Source: Ylistrum balloti
Lineage: Eukaryota
Length of the DNA: 64,000 bases
Assembly (NCBI RefSeq): GCF_031769215.1
Contig: NW_026782197.1
Location: forward strand, 248,001-312,000
Direction: 5' to 3'
Made by a program: the position numbers and the translations under genes. Each line of letters begins with the position of its first letter. The first letter of the stretch is position 1. The notes below the pieces were generated by a model. It was not told the origin of the DNA. It saw only the letters and a list, made by a program, of their open reading frames with translations, and ran no database searches. Of this stretch, positions 13,001 to 25,000 are shown in pieces.

Positions 13001-16000
13001 TTTGAAAAAGTCTGCTTTGATAAAGTCTGCTTTGATAAACTCAGCTTTGATAAACTCAGCTTTGATAAAGTCTGCTTTGATAAACTCAGCTTTGATAAAC
13101 TCAGCTTTGATAAAGTCTGCTTTGATAAACTCAGCTTTGAAAAAGCCTGCTTTGATGAAGTCTGCTTTGATAAACTCAGCTTTGATAAACTCAGCTTTGA
13201 TAAAGTCTGCTTTGATAAAGTTTGCTTTGATAAACTCAGCTTTGATAAAGTCTGCTTTGATAAACTCAGCTTTGATAAAGTCTGCTTTGATAAACTCAAC
13301 TTTGATAAAGTCTGCTTTGATAAACTCAGCTTTGAAAAAGCCTGCTTTGATAAAGTCTGCTTTGATAAACTCAGCTTTGATAAACTCAGCTTTGATAAAG
13401 TCTGCTTTGATAAAGTTTGCTTTGATAAACTCAGCTTTGATGAAGTCTGCTTTGATAAACTCAGCTTTGATAAAGTCTGCTTTGATAAACTCAGCTTTGA
13501 TAAAGTCTGCTTTGATAAAGTCTGCTTTGATAAACTCAGCTTTGATAAAGTCTGCTTTGATAAAGTCTGCTTTGATAAACTCAGCTTTGATAAAGTCTGC
13601 TTTGATAAACTCAGCTTTGATAAACTCTGCTCGTAAGTGTGGATGAGAAAACAATAAAGAGTGTGAAAGATATATTGCTGAAAGAAATAAAATACAGCTG
13701 ACAAACTACATAGATGTGAACAAAGCAGTCGTTCGATAATGTCGTTGAGTTTGTACAAATAAAAGGTTAGTAATTATCTACATATTGGCAACAGATTTGA
13801 TTATGTGTTCATGTTTTCGTCATAAGCTTATAGGCCTAATTATGATTCTACAAGGTATCATGACAAGCATGCTTAAATGCTTGAACAGCAAATAGCCTAC
13901 ACAAGTTTTTCCTTATATCATGTTATATCAGCAAATCGATTGTACTCCATAGTCTCGTGATGTATAATCACGAGCAAGGATTTATCAACTCGTTTTCCGT
14001 TGAAATGAAACCTATTGTGCAGTCATTTTTTATTGTATCTGGAAACTGAATGCATGATTGGTTTATATTTTGAATCTGAAATGAACATGTTTAGATCTTC
14101 CTTGATTTTGATGCAGTAATTAATATAGATAATTGGAAGGAGTAAGGAGCTGCTAGCTGCTGGGGTGTGAGACTTATGGCTTGAATTCTTCTTTTTCCTG
14201 GATTTCACCTCCATCAATACAGATGATTCTCCAGGCTATAGTGACCTGGCCTTTGGTTTGATCCTCACACTCTACTACTAGACTAAAGATACTCCCACTA
14301 GCCAAGGCTAGAAAGGTGAACATGTCTACCCTCACCTTCTACAACTTCTAGTATCAGAAGGACTTGTCAGTTTAAAACAGACTTTTTATTTGAGAATTGA
14401 TAATGTGCTATGCTCAAATAAGCTATGAACGAAAGAAATGTCATCGGTCACTATGTACAAGGTACTTTAAAAGAATAATGATAATAAACAAGACTACAAC
14501 TAATTGCCATTGGATAAACAAGCTAGTAATTGATTGGTTGTCCTGATCAGTAGCCAGATTACTGATCACTGATGTTGGAAATTTAACCCATCCTCATGAC
14601 CACAAGAAAATACTTAAACGATTTACAAGTTCATTACGTTTAACCTTCATGGGCCTGTAACTGTGCATTACACTGAAAATGTACAGATTTTAGGGTCACC
14701 CTGTGACTGGGCATGATCAATCATTACCTCTGTAAGTGAATACCTTTTAGGGACACAGGTGTTTAACGGAGAGGTTTACTCTGGGTAAGGATCAGAGTTT
14801 AGTAAATCACAGCGATAAGCTGATATTTCCAAATATAGAAGAAATTAATTAACACAGCAATGTGAAGAATTCATAGAAACTTCATTTTTTATTTTCTGGT
14901 AGATTAATCAGTGTTGTTTTTAATGGAGATTTGATAGCAAGTCCTGGATTGATGGGTCCAGGTTTTCAAATATCAATAAAAATTCATATTTCTATTTCCG
15001 CATTGGATTGAAGGCTTCATGATATCAATTGACTTTATATTTAACCATTTCCTGGTTTGATAATCATGTGATTTCCTACTCAGCATGCTGACTAGGATTA
15101 ATTCATCACATCTTTTCATTAGAATTTTAAATGCAATAGGATGTAGAACAAACAAACACTGAAGTCCTACATACTTGTCTCAAAATATCGTGGCAGGTAA
15201 ATTGGTGTCTTCCTATCATTATAATCAGGATAAGTGGAGTTTAGAACAGACCAACACTGTGTCCACAGGGGACCTGTAACAGTGTTTCTGGGGAATGAGG
15301 GTCTGTATGGTATACTATCACAGGGGCCTGTAACAATGTTTCTGGGAGATGAGGGTCTGTATGGTATACTATCACAGGGGCCTGTAACAATGTTTCTGAG
15401 GGATAAGGGTCTGTATGGTATACTATCACAGGGGCCTGTAACAGTGTTTCTGGGAGATGAGGGTCTGTATGGTGTACTATCACAGGGGCTGTGACAATGT
15501 TTCTGGGGAATGAGGGTCTGTATGGTATACTATCACAGGGGCCTGTAACAATGTTTCTGGGGAATGAGGGTCTGTATGGTATACTATCACAGGGGCCTGT
15601 AACAATGTTTCTGGGGATAAGGGTATGTATGGTATACTATCACAGGGGCCTGTAACAATGTTTCTGGGGATAAGGGTATGTATGGTATACTATCACAGGG
15701 GCCTGTAACAATGTTTCTGGGGATAAGGGTATGTATGGTATACTATCACAGGGGCCTGTAACAATGTTTCTAGAGAATGCAGGTTTGTAGGTATATGGTT
15801 TACTAGATATAATGTAAACCATACAAGCTCTCATCCTCTAGAAACATTGTTAAAGGCCCCTGTGCTGCTGTCTGCTGAGTCTAAATATCAAAAACACATA
15901 AATGGTGAATTGATGTCTCCCTATCATTATAAACAGGACTGATGGAAGGTGATAAAACCTGTTGTGTCTTGTCATATGACCATGAATGTCATAAATATTG

Positions 16001-19000
16001 TATCACTATAGCAATATCATGTAAGCCACATGTTGAGGATGTCACAACATTGTCATAGTTTAAAGCATGTTGTCTTGTAAGGAAATTGATTTTGGGGTGT
16101 TTACTCACTTGAAACAAAAAGTAAGGGTAATATATACATGGATGAATAGAATCTTGTACTAGTGCTGATATAATTTGGATTGAATTCCATATTATATTGA
16201 CACTCAAGTAACATATCCTCTATTTCTACCACACAGGTAAAGAGAGCAGGTTCTTGGACCATTTATACATTTCTCTGAACTAAGTAACCGTCTCCATTGA
16301 AATTTCAGCTGCAAATAGTACCAACAATTTTATCTTAAACTTTTCGCAAGTTTTCTCAAAGAGTTAAAGTACAGAAGTGTTAAGAATGATTTGATTGTCT
16401 CTCAATATGTGGTGATTGAACCAGACATTAAGTGTGCAATTCAAGGTACACCAATAATGGCTTCCACACATTAAGACGTTGTACTGTACTTTATGATGAT
16501 AAATGTTTAATAATGTTACTATTTATCAGCCGACTTAGTCCAAATGTGTAGTTATTGATTAAGCTTGAAGGACTATGTTAATCTATTAGGACATGAAAAC
16601 GATATTAAATTAAATTTGATGTTTAAAAAATTTGAAAATTTATTTAATTGACAGGAACAGTTACTGACAATTATGTCAATCAATATACCTAGCAATAAGC
16701 CCGCCTCTGTGCAGTTAGATAATATTGTCTTGTAGTAAGTCTACCTCGCTACTTTGAGTCAGAGCTTATGAAAACAGATACTATATCATTGTCCTGTAAT
16801 AAGCCCAACTCCCTACTTTGAATCTGAGGTTATGACTACAGATACTATATCATTGTCCTATAATAAGCCCACCTCCCTACTTTTAAGTCAGATTCCTTGT
16901 TGACCTCCTTGGGTTATTTCAAGGTACATCCGTTATATCTGAGGGTTCATTGACTTTAGAACCTTCAAGGAGAGAAGAGTTCCAGATAAAAACAAGAACA
17001 TACTGTCATATCAATTACATCTTGATCCAAATTTAAAGTCAATGCAACGAAGACAAGACATGAACCAATGACAGATAAACCTAGAGACCCTTTATAAATG
17101 TCAGGGAGAAAACGAGCCAAGAGCACCAATAGAAAAAACTTGGGGGTAATTATTATATATAATTATATTAAGAGTCTCTGATATGGGGATGTGGACTTGG
17201 TTCAGTAATCAACAGCCTCAAAATGTGAGAGGTAAAGAGGTTTTCGCTCTGTCATAAAAAGAAGGTTTATCCCACCCTCAGGAGCCAGAGGAGGAGAGCA
17301 TTTAAAGATTTCCTCTTTGTAGACAGACAGGGCTCTCGATCTGCCAGATTTAGGGCTGATATTCGGTCCCATTCCCAATGCAAAATAGTATCTTTTTTTC
17401 CCAATTTAGACCCCAAGTTTTCCCAATTCTAAGGAAAACATCATTATTTTTTCCCAATTCAAAGGGCCCCGGGCCCCAGTCCCATAATGGGGTGTGAGAG
17501 CCCTGACAGATGAAGGGATTTTTTCAAGATTTGTTGTCGAGTAATTATTGATGAAGGGGACTTTTTGTTGTATAATCAGAGCTATGGGTTTAAGGGGGTA
17601 TGTGATACTATAATATTTGAATAAGATGAGAGTTTTTGTTTCTTCAAACTGAAATGATTTGTTTGTTTCAGTAAAGTAACAGAGTTTGTACATCTATCAG
17701 GAGTGGGGTATACCAACAGGTTCATTAAGTATGTCCGAGAAATGTGGGGAACCTTCAGGTTTGACAGCATAGACATTCGCAAATATGGTGTGACGCTGTC
17801 TTACCCAAACTAGTAAGTATAATATTATTACATGGAAGCACTCACTGGATAGCAAATCTCAATATTCCAGGTTCAGTCCATATATCCTTACGTACCACTT
17901 CACCTCACTGGATAGCAAATCACTTCACCTCACTAGATAGCAAATGTTGATATTCAAGGTTCAGTTCATATATCCGTACGTACCACTTCACCTTACTGGA
18001 TAGCAAATCACTTCACCTCACTAGATAGCAAATCTTGATATTCCAGGTTCAGTTCATATAACCTTACGTACCGCTTCACCTCACTGGATAGCAAATCACT
18101 TCACCTCACTGGATAGCAAATCTTGATATTCCAGGTCCAGTTAATATATCCTTACATACTGCTTCACCTCACCAGATAGCAAATCACTTCACCTCACTGG
18201 ATAGCAAATCACTTCACCTCACTGGATAGCAAATCACTTCACCTCACTGGATAGCAAATCACTTCACCTCACTAGATAGCAAATCACTTCACCTCACTGG
18301 ATAGCAAATCTTGATATTCCAGGTCCAGTTAATATATCCTTACATACTGCTTCACCTCACCAGATAGCAAATCACTTCACCTCACTGGATAGCAAATCAC
18401 TTCACCTCACTGGATAGCAAATCACTTCACCTCACTGGATAGCAAATCACTTCACCTCACTGGATAGCAAATCTTGATATTCCAGGTCCAGTTAATATAT
18501 CCTTACATACTGCTTCACCTCACCAGATAGCAAATCACTTCACCTCACTGGATAGCAAATCACTTCACCTCACTGGATAGCAAATCACTTCACCTCACTG
18601 GATAGCAAATCACTTCACCTCACTGGATAGCAAATCACTTCACCTCACTGGATAGCAAATCACTTCACCTCACTGGATAGCAAATCACTTCACCTCACTG
18701 GATAGCAAATCTTGATATTCCAGGTCCAGTTAATATATCCTTACATACTGCTTCACCTCACCAGATAGCAAATCACTTCACCTCACTGGATAGCAAATCA
18801 CTTCACCTCACTGGATAGCAAATCACTTCACCTCACTGGATAGCAAATCACTTCACCTCACTGGATAGCAAGTCTTGATATTCCAGGTTCAGTACATATA
18901 TCCTTACATACCACTTTGCCTCACTGGATAGCAAATCACTTCACCTCACTGGATAGCAAATCACTTCACCTCACTGGATAGCAAATCACTTCACCTCATT

Positions 19001-22000
19001 GGATAGCAAATCTTGATATTCAGGTTCAGTCCATATAGCCTTACATACCACTTCACCTCACTGGATAGCAAGTCTTGATATTCCAGGTTCAGTACATATA
19101 TCCTTACATACCACTTTGCCTCACTGGATAGCAAATCACTTCACCTCACTGGATAGCAAATCACTTCACCTCACTGGTTCACCTCACTGGATAGCAAATC
19201 ACTTCACCTCACTGGATAGCAAATCTTGATATTCCAGGTTCAGTTCATATAGCCTTACGTACCGCTTCACCCCACTAGATAGCAAATCACTTCACCTCAC
19301 TGGATAGCAAATCACTTCACCTCACTGGATAGCAAATCACTTCACCTCACTGGTTCACCTCACTGGATAGCAAATCACTTCACCTCACTGGATAGCAAGT
19401 CTTGATATTCCAGGTTCAGTACATATATCCTTACATACCACTTTGCCTCACTGGATAGCAAATCACTTCACCTCACTGGATAGCAAATCACTTCACCTCA
19501 CTGGATAGCAAATCACTTCACCTCACTGGTTCACCTCACTGGATAGCAAATCACTTCACCTCACTGGATAGCAAGTCTTGATATTCCAGGTTCAGTACAT
19601 ATATCCTTACATACCACTTTGCCTCACTGGATAGCAAATCACTTCACCTCACTGGATAGAAAATCACTTCACCTCACTGGATAGCAAATCACTTCACCTC
19701 ACTGGATAGCAAGTCTTGATATTCCAGGTTCAGTACATATATCCTTACATACCACTTTGCCTCACTGGATAGCAAATCACTTCACCTCACTGGATAGCAA
19801 ATCACTTCACCTCACTGGATAGCAAATCACTTCACCTCACTGGATAGCAAATCACTTCACCTCACTGGATAGCAAATCATGATATTCCAGGTTCAGTACA
19901 TATATCCTTACATACCACTTCACGTCACTGGATAGCAAATCACTTCACCTCACTGGATAGCAAGTCTTGATATTCCAGGTTCAGTACATATATCCTTACA
20001 TACCACTTTGCCTCACTGGATAGCAAATCACTTCACCTCACTGGATAGCAAATCACTTCACCTCACTGGATAGCAAATCACTTCACCTCACTGGATAGTA
20101 AATCACTTCACCTCACTGGATAGCAAATCACTTCACCTCACTAGATAGCAAATCACTTCACCTCATTGGATAGCAAATCTTGATATTCAGGTTCAGTCCA
20201 TATAGCCTTACATACCACTTCACCTCACTGGATAGCAAGTCTTGATATTCCAGGTTCAGTACATATATCCTTACATACCACTTTGCCTCACTGGATAGCA
20301 AATCACTTCACCTCACTGGATAGCAAATCACTTCACCTCACTGGATAGCAAATCTTGATATTCCAGGTTCAGTACATATATCCTTACATACCACTTTGCC
20401 TCACTGGATAGCAAATCACTTCACGTCACTGGATAGCAAATCACTTCACCTCACTGGATAGCAAATCACTTCACCTCACTGGATAGCAAATCACTTCACC
20501 TCACTGGATAGCAAATCACTTCACCTCACTGGATAGCAAATCTTGATATTCCAAGTTTAGTTTATATATCCTTACATACCACTTTATCTAAACACTTACG
20601 TCACATTCTGTGTATATTTTCATACTCCAAGTACACGCTTCATACCCTAAAGGGCAACCTCATTCCCATACTACGAAGTACAATATATATTCTAAGTATA
20701 ACTTCATACCCTTTATGTGCTGCTTCATATATATCCAAGTACAACTTTGTGTTCCTAAAGTACAAAATTTGTACACAAAGTACAACTTCCAATGCTGAAT
20801 ACAACTTTACCTTTTAAGTACAACTTCCAACTCTAAATACAATTTTATCTTTTAAGTACAACTTCCAACTCTAAATACAATTTTATCTTTTAAGTACAAC
20901 TTCTAACTCTAAATACAACTTTACCTTTTAAGTACAACTTCTAACTCTAAATACAATTTTATCTTTTAAGTACAACTTTTAACTCTAAATACAACTTTAC
21001 CTTTTAAGTACAACTTCTAACTCTAAATACAATTTTATCTTTTAAGTACAACTTTTAGCTCTAAATACAACTTTACCTTTTAAGTACAACTTCCAACTCT
21101 AAATACAACTTTACCTTTTAAGTACAACTTCTAACTCTAAATACAACTTTACCTTTTAAGTACAACTTCCAAATCTAAATACAACTTTACCTTTTAAGTA
21201 CAAATTCCAACTCTAAATACAACTTTACCTTTTAAGTACAACTTCCAATGCTAAATACAATTTTATCTTTTAAGTACAACTTCCAACTCTAAATACAACT
21301 TTACCTTTTAAGTACAACTTCCAACTCTAAATACAATTTTATCTTTCAAGTACAACTTCCAACTTCAATTACAACTTTTTTTTAGGACTTTAAATACAAT
21401 ATCCAATTCTTTGGAATGTAAGGTCCAATTTTAATTTCAATTTTGTAAACAAATTACAACTTCTGACTGCAAAACTATCCACTTTGTACAACTTCCAACT
21501 CTAAATTCAATTATTTTGTACAACTTCTTACTATAGGTACAACTTTCAACTATGTAACTTTATACTGTATAAGTACAACTTCCTACACTAGATACAACTA
21601 CAGAATCAAAATTCAACTTTTAGTTCTAGAAAGAACTTCCAGCTTGAAGTACAACTTGCAGCTCAGAACATACAACTTTCTAACCCCAATACGACTTCTT
21701 GCTCTTAATATTAAGTGTTTGGATATATGTATGAAATGTACTATATACAGTTACATAAATATCTGCTTTCTTTTCAGTACAAATCCGAACAGCGTAGTTG
21801 TGAGAGCACCAAATTCAACTGTGATAATGGAGACCCATTCAAACATGTCCAACGTACATCCAGAGTACATGCCGTTCAACGCATTCTCTCCAGCACTTGC
21901 TGTGAAGGTAACTAAGGGAGATAACTATTTATGTATTAGATATAACCTGTCCTTTAAACAAATAAAATGCATTCTCTCCAGCACTGACTGTGAAGGTAAC

Positions 22001-25000
22001 TGAAAGGCTAAGGAACATGACTATTTGTGTCTTATATAATGTCCTTTCTTGACAGCAACATCCCTGCTTCCCAACTCAATGGTGTTTACATGTCACAGTT
22101 GATTACAAAGTGTTGGCAGTTCACAAATAGCCTCATAACAAAGGCCTTTGAAAGATGACAGATAACTTTTATGGTTGTCATGATGATTTCATTGGTAAAT
22201 ATGATATGAAAGTTGACATGTTTAATGGCCGATGGTATGCTTAGTGCTTTCGTTCTTGTTTATTTTATTCTCATAAGGGAACATAATATTACAGAAGCAG
22301 AAGACTCTAAATCTTCTGAAACACCTGGTCTTGTTCTCTTTGTACTATGTCAAAGGTCTCTGTGTACATCTTTCTTTTTGTCATTTTGCCTTCATTTCAA
22401 TGAATTTACGTTTCATAACAACCTTCTGTTGACATAGTTTCTTTATAGCTTTGTTATGTACAAATTGGTACACTCTCTCAAATAACCTCAACTAAGGGAG
22501 ATAACTACATGTGCTACATTTGTGTCCCCAAACAATGTAGCAACTACCACTTAGGTATCTTACCTTAGGGGAGATAACTCTTCGCAAATGTTGAAATGTT
22601 AATTTTTCGATCTGGTTGTTCTTTCAGGGTAAACTAGTCTATGCAAACTATGGTACTAAGCAAGATTTTGAGGAGCTGAGTCTCATGCACATCAATGTAA
22701 CAGGCACAATAGTCATCATTAAGTATGGGAAAATCCATGCGGCCAACAAGGTAAGTTTAACTTGTACAGATCTTCTCACTGTGTCTTGTGATTTATCACT
22801 TTTGAATTAACGTTCTTCATTTGATCAGTTTTAGATCTTGTCTTTGGCTAACAGAACATAATCTGATATCTTAGATAAAAGTTTCAAGAATTTTGAGTAT
22901 TGCAGTTATTTCATAATTACCAGCTATATGGATGTAACTTTTGTTTATAAACCTCTACTAAATCTCAGTAATTATCTCATTCTTGTGTTCATTAAACCTA
23001 AGTTCTAATTTTGTTTGTGTTTTCTCATCAACATGCCTCAGAACAATTGACCTAGTTACTGGCCATAGACTTGTTCTGTTGACCTTTCCTCACCAGACCT
23101 CAGGACAATTGACCTAGTTACTGGCCCTAGACTTGTTCTGTTGTCCTTTCCTCACCAGACCTCCGAACAATTGACCTATTTACTGGCCCTAGACTTGTTC
23201 TGTTGTCCTTTCCTCACCAGACCTCCGAACAATTGACCTAGTTACTGGCCCTAGACTTGTTCTGTTGACCTTTCCTCACCAGACCTCAGAACAATTGACC
23301 TAGTTACTGGCCCTAGACTTGTTCTGTTGACCTTTCCTCACCAGACCTCAGAACAATTGACCTAGTTACTGGCCCTAAACTTGTTCTGTTGACCTTTCCT
23401 CACCAGACCTCAGAACAATTGACCTAGTTACTGGCCCTAGACTTGTTCTGTTGACCTTTCCTCACCAGACCTCAGAACAATTGACCTAGTTACTGGCCCT
23501 AGACTTGTTCTGTTGACCTTTCCTCACCAGACCTCAGAACAATTAACCTAGTTACTGGCCCTAGACTTGTTCTGTTGGCCTTTCCTCACCAGACCTCAGA
23601 ACAATTGACCTAGTTACTGGCCCTAGACTTGTTCTGTTGACCTTTCCTCACCAGATCTCAGAACAATTGACCCAGTAACTGTTAAGTGGATTTGCTTATG
23701 ATTGAGCCACCAGATATTGGCAGACTTTTCAGGGTTTGGTTCTATTTAGGAAATAAAAATATTCAGTCCTGTCCTCTATAGATTGAACCTAATTGATATT
23801 TTGATTTCTCTGTAATGAATTCCATAAAGTTAAGCGAGTAAAGTAAGTGGATTTTATGGGCCCCATAGGCCTTTTACTCTATACACAAGTAATGAATTAT
23901 CAGAGGAAATTATTCCAGATATTACCTTGTTTGGAGTCACGGAGATTTAAGTGAACCCGGGGTAGAAAACGGAAATTCATTAATCCCACCCTAACATTTT
24001 CATCATCTGATTCTGTGGATCATATTTGGTTGTCATGGTAACTGCATGTCAATAAATCCAAACAAAGGCAGTCTGTCATTCAAATTCATTGTTTTTGGTC
24101 ATTAACTCTACAATAGACGTGAAATCAATGCCAGGTAATTTTACAGCTGATGACTTTGAGTACTGAGGCTCCCAAGGGTTGATGAAAAAAAATTTCAGTC
24201 TAAGGTTTTAGATGAAATTTAAAACTTTGAAGTATTTTTTCTCGGTCAACAAAATAATATGTGTAGATGCTTAACCGTTTTTTGATTTTTTCAGAGAATA
24301 TTTGTGATTTTCATTATAATTAAATTTCCACACAAGAAACACATTAATCAGCTTGATACTGGCCTCGGGTAAATATTTTCCTGTGTCCGATGGCTTGGAA
24401 TTCATTATTTTGTCACGCAACATTTGTTTTCACCTTTTTCGGATTTTATCACACATTTTTATTGCCATGTAAATCATAAAAGGATGTGTGACCTCCTACT
24501 ACTTGTAGAATCGTTAAGATTGGCTAATTCAGAATGGATATAAAACTATGACTCAGAAAAAAAACATTGATTTCTCTGCTGAACTATTTTGTTGGGTGTG
24601 TGATTCTGATGTCGTAAACTTTGTGAATAATCAAGATACTATTATTTTGCACATTATACCAATACGATTGTCTATAGAAGATTGTGTTGTCTATCAATGT
24701 TATGTTGTCTATCAATGTTATGTTGTCTATAAAAGATTGTGTTGTCTATCAATGTTATGTTGTCTGTAAAATGATGTTTTGTCTATAAAAGATTGTGTTG
24801 TCGATCAATGTTATGTTATCAATCAACATTGTGTCATCTACAAAATGTTGTGTTGTCTATAAAAGGTTGTGTTGTCTGTGTGGTTTGTAATGTTGTATGA
24901 TGTGTTGCCTTTAATTTGTCATGTTATCTTTGTCAGTTTTGTTGTCAGTTTTCCCCCCTGAAGCATGATGTTGTTACCACAATATCGTCTCTCAAAGATC

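Noticed and set aside
12890-13758. Three long ORFs ([20 protein letters not shown] repeats)
   Set aside because: These are stop-free frames of a 15 bp repeat with no splice or start context. They are open in several frames on both strands, which is typical of an artefact.
14174-14323. 49-codon minus-strand [13 protein letters not shown]...EEFKP
   Set aside because: Short, no recognisable motif, and expected by chance.
17840-20585. CRISPR-like repeat/spacer appearance
   Set aside because: The apparent spacers are themselves near-identical, there are no cas genes, and the context is a eukaryotic intron.
24029-24042. RFX X-box-like GTTGTCATGGTAAC
   Set aside because: Isolated, mid-intron and within probable TE-derived sequence.
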